A stretch of DNA of 64,000 nt from Planctomycetota bacterium (GTDB lineage Bacteria; Planctomycetota; UBA1135; UBA2386), in NCBI GenBank assembly GCA_965228735.1, contig OZ245838.1, positions 6,144,001-6,208,000 on the forward strand, written 5' to 3'. Positions 27,641-37,373 of the stretch are shown in pieces. Position numbers and translations under genes: made by a program. The notes beneath the pieces are model-generated. The model had not been told where the DNA came from and searched no databases. It was given only the letters and a program-made list of their open reading frames with translations. Each line of letters begins with the position of its first letter. Within the stretch, counting starts at the first letter, position 1.

Positions 27641-29788
27641 CTACTTCGACAGCCGCTTCGCCTCTTCCTCCACCGCGCGCCAGACGCGCAGCAGGTTGCC
27701 GCTCCAGATCTTCTCGATTTGTTCGCGGGTGTAGCCACGGCGGACGAGCTCGATCGTGACGTTCATGCTCTCGGCGGCGTTCTGCCAACCCTCGATGCCG
27801 CCACCGCCGTCGAAGTCCGAGCCGATGCCGACGCAGTTGATGCCGGCGACTTTGACCGCGTGGTCGATGTGGTCGACGAAGTCGCTGACCGTCGCGCGCG
27901 GGTAGCGCTGTTCGATCTCGCGGAGGCCTTCGCGGTAGCGCTGCATGCGCGTGTCGAGGTCGAGCTCCGGCTCGGGGGCGTCACGGCCGCGACCGATGCC
28001 GAGCTCCTTCTTGAGCTCGGCGTCCGCGGCCCGGCGCGCCGTGGCGTCGACGAGGAACGAGTCGAGGGCGACGACCTGGATGACGCCCTTGGTGCGCTTG
28101 AGCGCGCGCAGCTGTTCGTCGTCGAGGTTGCGGGAGTGATCGCACAAAGCACGGCAGCCCGAGTGCGAGGCGATGACCGGCGCGGAGCTGTGCTCGACGG
28201 CCTGCAGCATCGACGACTTCGCCGCGTGCGAGATGTCGACCATGATGCCGACGCGGTTCATCTCGCGGATCGCCTGACGGCCGAGATCCGAGAGGCCGCC
28301 ATGCAGCGGTTCGGTCGGGGTGTGGGAGTCGCCGAGCTGCGAGTGGCGGTTGTGCGCAATGCTCATGTAGCGCGCGCCCTTGCTGTGAAACTCCTCGACG
28401 AGCGCGAGGTTCTCGCCCATCGGGTAGCCGTTCTCGATGCCGATGCAGGCGATCAGTTTGCCGGCGGCATGCAGGTCGCGGACCTGCTGCACGGAGGTCG
28501 CGAGTCCGATCGTGTCGCCGTGCAGCTTCGCCATGCGGTGGATGGCGTCGAACTTGGCGTTGGCCTTGCGCAACGCCCCCGCGAACCCGGGGCCCGTGAG
28601 CTTGCCCTGGCCGACGTAGACGATGAAGAACGCGCAGTCGTAGTGACCGTCGCGCATCTTGGGGAAGTCGACCTGCTGGCTGCCGCGGGTCGCCGGGTCG
28701 TACTTTCGGCGGAACTCCTTCGCCGTCTCCGGGTCGCTCGGATACTCGGCGGGCGCGAGCTGCGGCTGGATGTCCTTGTGCGTGTCGAGCGTGAGGATCG
28801 ACTCGTGGATCGCTGCGGCGCGGGCGACCAGCTCGTTCGCGGGGTCGCGCAGCAGCTTGTCGAGCAGGAACTGACGCTCGTTCTTGTAGCGCCCGGACGC
28901 GGCGTGACCGGGGATGACGAGGTGGCACTCGTGGCCGACCTTGGCGGACGCGAGCTGCAGCATGACGCCGAGGCGCGGGTGATGGATGCCGTGGCCCGCG
29001 CTCTTGCTCGGCAGCGTCATGTCCGAGCCGTAGCGCATGAACAGCGGCGGGTCGTCCGACGTCACGTGGTTGATCGGCGAGAACTCGCGGTAGTGCTCTC
29101 CGTGCCGGTCGTAGTTGCGCAGCGCGCTCGCCATGTCGGGCTCGCCGACCGCGCGCCAGATCATGCGGTGGTCGAGGATCTTCGGGCCGACCCATTCCTC
29201 GATCACCTTGGGATCGATCGCGGTCTGCCCGCCCCAGACCGCGGCGGCGGCGACGCGCGTCGACTCGCGCAGCACCGGGTCCACGTTCTCCGGGTCGGCG
29301 AGGTCGTCGTGCAGCAGCAGCCACATCGATGTGCACGCCCCCGCGCTGCCGCCCATGAGGCCGATGCGCGCGGTGTCGATGCCCCAGTCGTCGGCCTTCG
29401 TGCGCAAGAACTGGATCGCGCGCGCCGCGTCGTGCACGGGTGCTGGCAGCGCGTGCTGGTCCGTGCGCCGATAGTTGATCGCCGCGCAGTGGATGCCGTT
29501 CTCGAGGAACGGCTCGTGCATCCGCCGCATCGTCTTCTTGTCGCCGCCGACCCAGCCGCCGCCGTGGATGTAGACGACGAGCGGCCGTGGGCCGTCGCCC
29601 TCGTCGCCGGCGCGCCAGAAGTCGAGGCGGTTGCGTTCGTGCGGGCCGTAGGCGACGTCGCGGTGGTCGGGGGCGCGCTGGGCGGCGACCGTTTCGAGCG
29701 TCGTGAGCGCGGTGAACAGGACGATCGCGATGGCGGTGACGTCGGTTGCTGGCCGGCTGCGGGCCAGTCGGGCGAGGCGAATCGGCAT
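27641..29788 (-). CDS. Fusion of an alpha/beta hydrolase and an M19 membrane dipeptidase, exported
   Basis: N-half YIHGGGW, INYR, GGSAG. C-half DTHKD, GIENG, VDISH, IASHS, RNLDD, HIDH, GIGSDFDGG, GNLLRV. One continuous frame. Confidence 0.92.
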   Translation of the reverse strand: MPIRLARLARSRPATDVTAIAIVLFTALTTLETVAAQRAPDHRDVAYGPHERNRLDFWRAGDEGDGPRPLVVYIHGGGWVGGDKKTMRRMHEPFLENGIHCAAINYRRTDQHALPAPVHDAARAIQFLRTKADDWGIDTARIGLMGGSAGACTSMWLLLHDDLADPENVDPVLRESTRVAAAAVWGGQTAIDPKVIEEWVGPKILDHRMIWRAVGEPDMASALRNYDRHGEHYREFSPINHVTSDDPPLFMRYGSDMTLPSKSAGHGIHHPRLGVMLQLASAKVGHECHLVIPGHAASGRYKNERQFLLDKLLRDPANELVARAAAIHESILTLDTHKDIQPQLAPAEYPSDPETAKEFRRKYDPATRGSQQVDFPKMRDGHYDCAFFIVYVGQGKLTGPGFAGALRKANAKFDAIHRMAKLHGDTIGLATSVQQVRDLHAAGKLIACIGIENGYPMGENLALVEEFHSKGARYMSIAHNRHSQLGDSHTPTEPLHGGLSDLGRQAIREMNRVGIMVDISHAAKSSMLQAVEHSSAPVIASHSGCRALCDHSRNLDDEQLRALKRTKGVIQVVALDSFLVDATARRAADAELKKELGIGRGRDAPEPELDLDTRMQRYREGLREIEQRYPRATVSDFVDHIDHAVKVAGINCVGIGSDFDGGGGIEGWQNAAESMNVTIELVRRGYTREQIEKIWSGNLLRVWRAVEEEAKRLSK

Positions 29789-29959
29789 GCCCGGAGTGTC
29801 GGGGTTGGACTCGGGCGTGGCAATCGTCGGGCTCGTCACAGCCCGGTCACGGCCCGGTGGCATGGGGGGCAGGGCGACGATGGCCGCAGCGGCTCAGGCA
29901 ACACCCCCGATTGCGCCGAAAATCGAACGAGCGCCGAGCCATGTCGGCGCCTTCGCACC

Positions 29960-31801
29960 GTGGTGATCTCTGACACGTTCGACTGCCTGCGCGAGCTGCC
30001 TGCCCGGCGGCAGGTCGCGCTCTGCCTCGCCGCACTCGGTGAGTCGCACGGCGGCGTGCAGGCCGCGGCGGTCATGGCGCTCATCGATCCGGTGCGGCTC
30101 GACCGGCCCGATCTCGTCGTCGACGCGTTCGCCGATCTCGGCATCGAGGGCGTCGTGGCGGCGCGCACCGCTCGGGAGGTGCTGCTCGAGATCGCGACCG
30201 AACGGGTGCGCAACGCCGGCACCGGCGAACGGTTGCCCGCCATCCGGGTGCTCGCGGAGTTCGGTGACGATGCCGACGTGATCGCGCCGCTCCGCATCGC
30301 GTTCGGTGACGAACAGCAGGCGATCCGCGACGCTGCGTACGAAGCGCTGGTCCAGCGGATCCGGCGGCTCGCCGACGCCACTGCGGATCGCGAGGGCGCG
30401 TTCCGCGGCGCCGAGGCCGCCGTCTGGGAGGCGTTCGAACTGCTCGTCGATCGGCTGCCGGAGCACAGTCGCCAGGACTGCCTCGAGCTGTTCGCCGCGT
30501 TCGGTCGCCGCGCGGTCGTCGCGGTCGCCCGCCGTCTGCGCCGCGCGTCGGATCTCGAGCCGCTGCTCTTCGAAGAACTGCAGAAGGCGCCGCATCCGGC
30601 CGGCGCGGACCTCGCGCTCGGCCTCGCCGCCCACAGCAACGAGGATGTCGCGGAGTTCGGCCGACGGTTGCTGCAGGAACGCGACGATCTGCCGTTCCAG
30701 ACACGGCTCGCGGAGCGGCTCGTCGGTGCGGCGGAGGAGAGCGACGTCGCGGTTGACGGCGCGCTCTTCGCGGCTGTGCTGCCCGAGGCGATGCCCGGAT
30801 TCACCGAGGCAGAAGCGTTCGCGATGCTCACCGACGTCGGCGCGCGGGCGCCTGACCCGTTGACGCACCAACGCCGCGTCGAGGCGTTCCTCGCGCATCC
30901 TGCTCCGGCGGTGCAGATGCGCGCGATCGCGACCTTGCGTGAGCTGAAGTGTCCGGGCGGTTGCGGGGCGCTCGCGGACCTCTTGCGGAGCGCGCCGGAC
31001 GAGGTCCGGCTCGCCGGTGCAGAGCTCGTTTCGGAGCTCGCGCCCGCCCAGGCCGGCGAACTGCTCACGCCGCTGCTCGCGGCCGAGGACGACACCGTGC
31101 GGGCGCGGGCCGCGCGCGAGGTCGCGCGCGTCAGCCTGGCGAAGTTCCTCGATCGCTTCGAGGACATGGGACGAACCGCACGCCAGACCGCGGCGAAGGC
31201 CATCCGGAAGATCGACGGCCAGGTCGGGCAGCGTCTCGAGGCCGAGCTGCAGAAACTCTCGGGCAAGCGGCTCATCAACGCCTTGCAGGTCGTCGACCTG
31301 CTCGGCGCGGGGGGCGAACTGCGCGAGCCGTTGCTGGACCTGCTCGACGACGCGGACGTTCGCGTGCGCGCCACTGCCGTCCGTATCGTGGAGCTCGGCG
31401 GTTCCGTTGCCGGCGTCGATGTCCTCAGTGATCTGCTGGCGGATCCGGATCGGCGGGTGCGCGCCAACACGATCGAGGCCGTCGAACAGCTCGGCGACCC
31501 GGAGTGGATCGGCAAGCTCATGCCGTTCTTGCGCGACCGCGACAACCGCGTCCGGGTGAACGCGGCGAAGGCGCTGTGGAACCTCGGCTGGTCGGGCGCG
31601 CGCGAGGCGCTGGTCGAGATGCTCGCCGATCCGTCGCCGCGGCTGCGGGTCTCGGCGATCTGGGCGATCGAGCAGCTCGCGTTCGACGGTGCGGCAGGCG
31701 TGCTGCGCAACCGGGTGACGCGCGAACGCGACCCCGCGGTGCGCGCGCGCCTGCAGGCCGCGATCGTCGAGATCGAATCCGCACCGGTGGAGGCCGGATA
31801 G
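29960..31801 (+). CDS. HEAT-repeat protein
   Basis: Repeats LLDDADVRVRATAV, LADPDRRVRANTIEA, LRDRDNRVRVNAAKAL, LADPSPRLRVSAIWA. Only the 3' part of the 27719..31801 track ORF is used. Confidence 0.88.
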   Translation: MVISDTFDCLRELPARRQVALCLAALGESHGGVQAAAVMALIDPVRLDRPDLVVDAFADLGIEGVVAARTAREVLLEIATERVRNAGTGERLPAIRVLAEFGDDADVIAPLRIAFGDEQQAIRDAAYEALVQRIRRLADATADREGAFRGAEAAVWEAFELLVDRLPEHSRQDCLELFAAFGRRAVVAVARRLRRASDLEPLLFEELQKAPHPAGADLALGLAAHSNEDVAEFGRRLLQERDDLPFQTRLAERLVGAAEESDVAVDGALFAAVLPEAMPGFTEAEAFAMLTDVGARAPDPLTHQRRVEAFLAHPAPAVQMRAIATLRELKCPGGCGALADLLRSAPDEVRLAGAELVSELAPAQAGELLTPLLAAEDDTVRARAAREVARVSLAKFLDRFEDMGRTARQTAAKAIRKIDGQVGQRLEAELQKLSGKRLINALQVVDLLGAGGELREPLLDLLDDADVRVRATAVRIVELGGSVAGVDVLSDLLADPDRRVRANTIEAVEQLGDPEWIGKLMPFLRDRDNRVRVNAAKALWNLGWSGAREALVEMLADPSPRLRVSAIWAIEQLAFDGAAGVLRNRVTRERDPAVRARLQAAIVEIESAPVEAG

Positions 31802-31809
31802 GGGCACCG

Positions 31810-32109
31810 ATGGGCAACTGGACGATCACCATCACCGTCATGGTCCTGCTCGGCATCATCGCGCTGGCCGCCGGTCCGCACGTGCTGCGCTGGCTCGATG
31901 CCCGGCGGCTGCACGCGCGACTCGCGGCGAAGAACGGGCTCGATCCCGACGAAACGAGCTGGCTGTGGCAGTTCGCGCAGCGGCGCTCGCCGGCGCTGCC
32001 GGCCGCGGTCTTCGTGCGACCGAGCCTGTTCGACGGCGAGTCGGACACGGGCGGTGCCGGCGATCCGAACGATCGCCGGCGCGCGATCCGGCGCAAGCTG
32101 TTCGGCTGA
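31810..32109 (+). CDS. Small single-TM membrane protein
   Basis: MGNWTITITVMVLLGIIALAAG...PAAVFVRPSLFD...IRRKLFG. Starts 8 nt after the HEAT gene. Confidence 0.75.
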   Translation: MGNWTITITVMVLLGIIALAAGPHVLRWLDARRLHARLAAKNGLDPDETSWLWQFAQRRSPALPAAVFVRPSLFDGESDTGGAGDPNDRRRAIRRKLFG

Positions 32110-32191
32110 CGCGGGGCGCGGCCCGGGCCGGAGCGAATGCTGTTCGTCGTGGCGTGGCATTTCGCCGACGCCTCGGCATCATCGTGCGCCC

Positions 32192-33370
32192 GTGACCGAG
32201 ACTGCAGACGTCGTAGTCGTCGGCGGCGGCATCATCGGCTGCGCGGTCGTTCACGCGCTCGCGCAGCACCTGCCCCGTTCGACCCGTATCGTGCTCCTCG
32301 AGCGTGGCCCGATCGCCGGCGCCACGTCGGGTTCGAGCATGGGGCACCTCATGGTCACGCCCGACACGGCGCAGGACTACGCGTTCAGCCGCACGAGCGT
32401 GCGGCTCTGGGACGAGCTCGCCGAGCGCATGGGTGGCTTCTACCACCAGCCGACCGGCGCGCTCTATCTGGCGGACACGCCGGAAGACATCGACCTGATC
32501 CCGGTCCTGCGGCGACAGTTCGAGGAGAACGGCGAACGCTGTGAGGTGCTCGACGAGCACCGCCTGCGCGAGCTCGAGCCCGGCCTCGCCCCCGACGTTC
32601 CGGGCGCGCTGTTCTACCCCGGTGATGGCGTCGTGTTGCCGATGCTCGCGTGCGGCGCGATGCTGCGCGAGGCGCGGCAGCAGAACGAGAACGTGAGCGT
32701 GCGGGCCGAGTGCCCCGTCACCGGCTTCGACAAGGAGGGGGATCGCATCGCGCGCGTCCGAACCGTGCGCGGTCAGATCGCGACGCCGCTCGTCGTCAAC
32801 GCGACCGGGGTCTGGGCGCCGGAGATCGCGCAGATGCTCGGGCAGCCGCGGTTGCCGATCTGGCCGCGGGCCGGCAACCTCGCGATCACCTCGCACCATG
32901 TCACGCCGATCCGTACGCAGCTGCTCGAGATCAGCTACCTGCGCTTCGCGCACGGCGCGGCCAAGGTCGACCCGGCGGGCACCGACGATCCCGGCGGCCA
33001 CGCCGTCAATATGCAGCCGCAGAGCCACGGCGGGTGTCTCATCGGCAGCACGCGGCAGTTCCGCGGCATGGACCGCACGCTGAATCGCGAGCTGTTGCGA
33101 CGGTCGCTCGAGCGCGCGCAGCGCTACGCGCCCGCGCTCCGGTCCGCGCCGATCGTGCGCACCTGGGTCGGACTGCGCCCGTACGCGGACGGTGGCAAGC
33201 CGCTGATCGGACCGTGGCCCGGGCTCGAGGGGCTGTGGATCGCGGCCGGCCACGAAGGCCTCGGGATCTCCCTCGCGCCGATCACGGGCCAGCTCATCGC
33301 CCGGCAGATCGCGGGCGTTGCGCCGCTCGTCGATCCGACACCGTACCTGCCGGCGAGGTTCGCGGCATGA
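32192..33370 (+). CDS. FAD-dependent D-amino acid oxidase family subunit (HcnC/LhpB/OoxB-like)
   Basis: DVVVVGGGIIG, GATSGSSMG, VNATGVWA, WVGLRP, AAGHEGLGISLAPITG. Confidence 0.92.
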   Translation: MTETADVVVVGGGIIGCAVVHALAQHLPRSTRIVLLERGPIAGATSGSSMGHLMVTPDTAQDYAFSRTSVRLWDELAERMGGFYHQPTGALYLADTPEDIDLIPVLRRQFEENGERCEVLDEHRLRELEPGLAPDVPGALFYPGDGVVLPMLACGAMLREARQQNENVSVRAECPVTGFDKEGDRIARVRTVRGQIATPLVVNATGVWAPEIAQMLGQPRLPIWPRAGNLAITSHHVTPIRTQLLEISYLRFAHGAAKVDPAGTDDPGGHAVNMQPQSHGGCLIGSTRQFRGMDRTLNRELLRRSLERAQRYAPALRSAPIVRTWVGLRPYADGGKPLIGPWPGLEGLWIAAGHEGLGISLAPITGQLIARQIAGVAPLVDPTPYLPARFAA

Positions 33371-33666
33371 CGGGCCGCGTCGGTCATGACGGTCGCGCGG
33401 CCGTGGAGTTCTCGTTCGACGGTCAGCCGATCGCAGCGCGGGCGGGTGACACGGTCGCGATGGCGCTCTGGGCGGCCGGCGTGCGTGATCTGCGCCGCAG
33501 CAGTCGCCGCGGCGCCCCGCGTTCCGTGCTCTGCAACATGGGGATCTGCTACGAGTGCCTCGTCGACGTCGATGGTGAGGCGGTGCGCGCGTGCATGACG
33601 GTCGTGCGGCCGGGGCTCGTCGTCGAGACGGGTGGCCGGCCGATGAGCGAGGACGCCAACGCATGA
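33367..33666 (+). CDS. 2Fe-2S subunit (HcnA/LhpE-like)
   Basis: FDGQPIAARAGDTVAMAL...LCNMGICYECLV...RACM. ATGA overlaps on both sides. Confidence 0.92.
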   Translation: MTGRVGHDGRAAVEFSFDGQPIAARAGDTVAMALWAAGVRDLRRSSRRGAPRSVLCNMGICYECLVDVDGEAVRACMTVVRPGLVVETGGRPMSEDANA

Positions 33667-35072
33667 CCGACCTGCTGCATCGCGCCGAGGTCGGCATCGT
33701 GGGGGCCGGGCCCGCGGGCATGGCCGCCGCGGATCGACTCGCGCGCGCCGGCCGCCGGGTCGTCGTGCTCGACGAAGGGCAGCGCGCCGGCGGGCAGATC
33801 TTCCGGCAGTTGCCGCGCGGCCTCGCGGCGCCGGCGAACAGTCACGAGCCGCCGAGCCACGATCACGGCCACGCGCTCATCGAACGGTTCGAGCGGCCGG
33901 AGATCGAGCTGCTGTCCGGCGCGACCGTCTGGGACGCGCAGCCGGGTCGGCTGTGGTTCGAACACGACGGCCGCTCGCACCTGCTGCAGTGCGAACGCAT
34001 CCTGCTCGCGCCCGGCGCGATGGACCGTTGCATCCCGTTCCCCGGCTGGACCCTGCCCGGGGTCCTCACGGCCGGGGCGCTGCAGGTCATGGTGCGCGGG
34101 TTCGGTGTCGTGCCCGGCAAGCGCGCGCTCGTCGTGGGCTCGGGGCCGCTGTTGTTGCCGACCGTGACCGCGCTCGCTGGCGCCGGTGTCGAGATCGTCG
34201 CCGCGCTCGAGGCGAGCTCGCGCTGGGGTGCCCTGCGCGCGCTGCCCGGCGTGCTCGGGAACGCGGCGCGCTTTCGCGAAGCGACGTGGTACATGCGCCA
34301 GCTGCTCAAGGCCGGCGTGCGCCTGCGGTGGGGCTGGACCGTGTTGCGGTGCGAGGGCGACGGCAAGGTCGAGCGCGCGGTGATCGCGCGCGTCGACCGC
34401 GCGGGGCGGCCGCGCGCCGGCTCGGAGCAGACGATCGAGGTGGACGTCGTCGGCGCGGGCTTCGGACTCGTGCCCTCGGTGGAACTCGGGCTGCGCCTCG
34501 GGTGTGACACCAGACTGCTGCCGGCCCGCGGCGGCCACTGCCTCGTCGCCGACGAGCACCAGCGCACGACGATCGGTGACGTCTTCGCTGCCGGTGAGAT
34601 CTGCGGCATCGGCGGGGCCGAGGTCGCGAGCGCCGAGGGTGAGCTCGCGGCGGCGGCGATCGACGAGTCGCTCGGCGGCGTGCCCGTGCCGCCGGCCGTC
34701 GTCACGAAGGCCGCGCGTGAGCGCCGCGCGGCGGATCGCATGTTGCGCGCGTTCGCGCCGCTGCCCGGGCTCTACGACCTCGCCGACGACGACACGATCG
34801 TCTGCCGATGCGAGGACGTGACGCGCAGCGAGGCCCGCGCCGCCGCGCAGCTGCACGGCGAGTCCGCGCGCGCGATCAAGGTTGGCTGTCGCGCGGGCAT
34901 GGGGCCGTGTCAGGCGCGCATCTGCGGTCCGTCCCTGCAGGCGCTCGCGACCGGCGATCCGGCGCGCGCGATGGACCCGCCCGTGGTGCAGGTCCCGATC
35001 AAGCCGGTGCGCACGTCGACGATCGTCGATGCGCCGGCCCCCGTCGCGCTCGACGACCCGGCGGTCGGGTGA
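33663..35072 (+). CDS. NAD(P)/FAD oxidoreductase with BFD-like Fe-S domain (HcnB/LhpF/OoxA-like)
   Basis: IVGAGPAGMAAA, GGQIFRQ, PFPGWTLPGV, GSGPLL, VFAAGE, VCRCEDVT, RAGMGPCQARICG. Confidence 0.93.
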   Translation: MTDLLHRAEVGIVGAGPAGMAAADRLARAGRRVVVLDEGQRAGGQIFRQLPRGLAAPANSHEPPSHDHGHALIERFERPEIELLSGATVWDAQPGRLWFEHDGRSHLLQCERILLAPGAMDRCIPFPGWTLPGVLTAGALQVMVRGFGVVPGKRALVVGSGPLLLPTVTALAGAGVEIVAALEASSRWGALRALPGVLGNAARFREATWYMRQLLKAGVRLRWGWTVLRCEGDGKVERAVIARVDRAGRPRAGSEQTIEVDVVGAGFGLVPSVELGLRLGCDTRLLPARGGHCLVADEHQRTTIGDVFAAGEICGIGGAEVASAEGELAAAAIDESLGGVPVPPAVVTKAARERRAADRMLRAFAPLPGLYDLADDDTIVCRCEDVTRSEARAAAQLHGESARAIKVGCRAGMGPCQARICGPSLQALATGDPARAMDPPVVQVPIKPVRTSTIVDAPAPVALDDPAVG

Positions 35073-35117
35073 GTAGCGCGCCGCGGCCGGGCAACGGCTG
35101 CGGCTGAGCGCCGCGCG

Positions 35118-35489
35118 CTACTGACCGAAGCGCAGTTCGGAGCTGTTCGCCGCGAGATCGACGTCGACGAAGATCTCGCCGCCGAGTCCGACCGGGCTCG
35201 CCGCCGGATCAGCGGGCAGCAGGTTCACGGGCTTGAGCGTAACGCGCCAGATGTAGCGGCCGTCGAGGATGCGCTCCGTGGCGCCGGTCACGCGGTGCTC
35301 GTCGCCACTGCGCGCGTCCGTCGAGGCGTCGAGCGCGATCGCGACCGCGCGTTCGAGCCGTTCGGTCGTCGGCGTCGAGCGCGCGGTTCCGGTCGCCGAA
35401 CACGCCGCGCTGGCGAGAGCCGCGAGCCCGGCACCGAGGGTCAGGAGCGTTCGTAGGAGCAGGGGGGTTCGGAGCGAGCTGCAGACCAT
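35118..35489 (-). CDS. Small hypothetical lipoprotein
   Basis: Hydrophobic leader ending LAALASAAC, followed by a compact beta-rich domain WRVTL...GGEIFVDVD. Confidence 0.7.
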   Translation of the reverse strand: MVCSSLRTPLLLRTLLTLGAGLAALASAACSATGTARSTPTTERLERAVAIALDASTDARSGDEHRVTGATERILDGRYIWRVTLKPVNLLPADPAASPVGLGGEIFVDVDLAANSSELRFGQ

Positions 35490-35583
35490 GCGCGCTCGAG
35501 ACGCAGGCGGCGCGGCCCTGTTCCCGGAATCTGCGACTCCGGGTTCCCGGATTCCGCGATTCCCGCCGCCGAGCGCTTCGCCC

Positions 35584-36573
35584 TCAGCGAAGGTCCACTG
35601 CCAGCGCGACGCGATCGGCGATCCGCGCCGCCCGCTCGCCGACCGTGGTGCCGGGGTGCTTCTCGGCGAACGCGCGCAGCCGCCGATCCGCGCCCTTGCC
35701 GGGCTTCTTGCGCGTCAGCGGCCGGGTGAGCTTCTGCAGCTTCTTCGCGAGGGCGAGCTCCCGTTGGCCCGTGTCGTCGGCGAAGCGCTCGGCCGTGGCG
35801 TCGACGGCCGCCGTGAGGCTGGCGTCGCCGGTCACGCTCTTGCGCAACGTTTCGAGGGCCGCAGCGGCGCGCAACCACTCGTTCTCGCGCAGCCACTCCA
35901 CCGCGGCGAGCCGGCGCGCGAAGGCGGCGGCCACCTCGTCGTCGAGCTTGCCCGCGGCGGCTTCACGCGCGGCGACGAGTTGCCCCTTGCCGTAGAGCAG
36001 GCTGCGCGCCTTGGCCACGCTCTTGTCCTCGCCCCAGCCGTCGTCGAGCTGCTGCATCGCGGTCTCGACCGCGGGCGCCAGGTCGCTGCCGCGCTTCGGT
36101 TCGCTGCCCGCGTCGACGAGCGTGCCGTCGGGCGCGATCACGGCCCAGTTCGGCGGCATGCCGTCCGCCTGCCAGTCCCACGTCGCGCGGACGCGGTCGC
36201 AGATGCGGATGTCCGTGCTCGGGAAGCGCTTCATGAACCACGCGCCGAGGTCGACGTTGGCCGTGCCGTCGCCGTAGGTGCCGCCCGCGTCGATCCGGGT
36301 CGCGATGACGACGAGGCCGCGGTCGCCGTGTTTCTCGTGCAGCCCGATCGCGCGCCGCAGGGCGCCGAGCCCGCTGAAGACGTCGGCGAACTGCACCACG
36401 ACGACCGGCTGCCCCTCGAACTCGCCGAGCTTCTGCCGGCCGTCGCCGTGGATGAACTCGGGGAACGTCAGGTCGGGGACGGCCTGGCCCGTGCCGGCGC
36501 CTTGCGCGGGGAGCGCACCGGGCGCGGCCGTCGCCAGTCCGAGAGCGAGGAGGATTCGCGTGGAGTGGTTCAT
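35584..36573 (-). CDS. Exported thioredoxin-fold (TlpA-like) protein lacking CxxC, with helical C-terminus
   Basis: Signal peptide. GQPVVVVQF...LHEKHGDRGLVVIA...GMPPNWAVIAPDGTLV matches TlpA topology. Confidence 0.75.
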   Translation of the reverse strand: MNHSTRILLALGLATAAPGALPAQGAGTGQAVPDLTFPEFIHGDGRQKLGEFEGQPVVVVQFADVFSGLGALRRAIGLHEKHGDRGLVVIATRIDAGGTYGDGTANVDLGAWFMKRFPSTDIRICDRVRATWDWQADGMPPNWAVIAPDGTLVDAGSEPKRGSDLAPAVETAMQQLDDGWGEDKSVAKARSLLYGKGQLVAAREAAAGKLDDEVAAAFARRLAAVEWLRENEWLRAAAALETLRKSVTGDASLTAAVDATAERFADDTGQRELALAKKLQKLTRPLTRKKPGKGADRRLRAFAEKHPGTTVGERAARIADRVALAVDLR

Positions 36574-36794
36574 CCGCAGCGCGGCGCAACGGTCGTGCCG
36601 CCCGGGAAGTGCGTCGGATCGAACGCCGGGTTGCACCGGGCCGACGCGAGGCGTGCGGTTCGTCACACGAGGTCGGGGAACGACGCCCGGTTCGTCGGTC
36701 ACGAACCGAACGCCCGAGCCGAAGCGCACGCAGGTAACGGTCGGCGAAACGCCCGGGTGTCATCCGCGCAGGACACCGGCAGCGGGAACTCCGC

Positions 36795-37373
36795 TCAGAG
36801 TCGTCGAACCGCCTCCGACCGGCAGCCGTCCTGCGCGTCGTACGTGAGCAGCGTCGCATCCGGCCGCGCGTGCCGTCGCATGAGCTCGTAGAGCCAGTCC
36901 TCTTCGCCGGGCCACGGGTACGCGAAGACGAGATCGAACGCGTCGAGCTGCATGCCGATCTCGTCGTAGGCGTCGTCGCCCTCGGTCGGCGTGATGCGTT
37001 CGCTGTCGAGGTTCTCGATCTCGTCGCGGTAGTCGAACGGCACGAACGAGCCTTCGACGAACGTCGCGTCCGAGTCGAACTCCTTCGCGAGCGCGTTGGA
37101 CTGCGGCACGAGCCAAGGCTCGATCTCGATGCCGTAGGATTCGAGTCCGAGCAGGTCGGCGAGGATCGTCACGACGCCGGCGGCCGAGCCGAGCTCGAGG
37201 AACGTGCCGCCGTTCTCCGCGAGCGGCTCGAGCGCGCGGTAGACCGCGACCTGATCACACGGCACGAACAGGTGGTGGCGGCCACCCGCAACGGTCTCGA
37301 ACCGATCCCAGATGTGCTTGCCGCGCTGCACGAGCTGATCGACCGTGCGGTGGGGGACCCTCGGCTCGGTCAC
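36795..37373 (-). CDS. Class I SAM-dependent methyltransferase
   Basis: FLELGSAAG, YGIEIE, FVEGSF, FDLVFAYPWP. GTG start overlaps the upstream TGA. Confidence 0.85.
   Translation of the reverse strand: MTEPRVPHRTVDQLVQRGKHIWDRFETVAGGRHHLFVPCDQVAVYRALEPLAENGGTFLELGSAAGVVTILADLLGLESYGIEIEPWLVPQSNALAKEFDSDATFVEGSFVPFDYRDEIENLDSERITPTEGDDAYDEIGMQLDAFDLVFAYPWPGEEDWLYELMRRHARPDATLLTYDAQDGCRSEAVRRL

Noticed and set aside
27719..29959. N-terminal 747 codons of the 1360-aa ORF
   Set aside because: Antisense to the esterase-dipeptidase gene. Only the part from about 29960 looks like a real protein.
32192..35072. Naming the trio hcnABC (cyanide synthase)
   Set aside because: The same architecture occurs in hydroxyproline and opine dehydrogenases, so specificity cannot be read from motifs.
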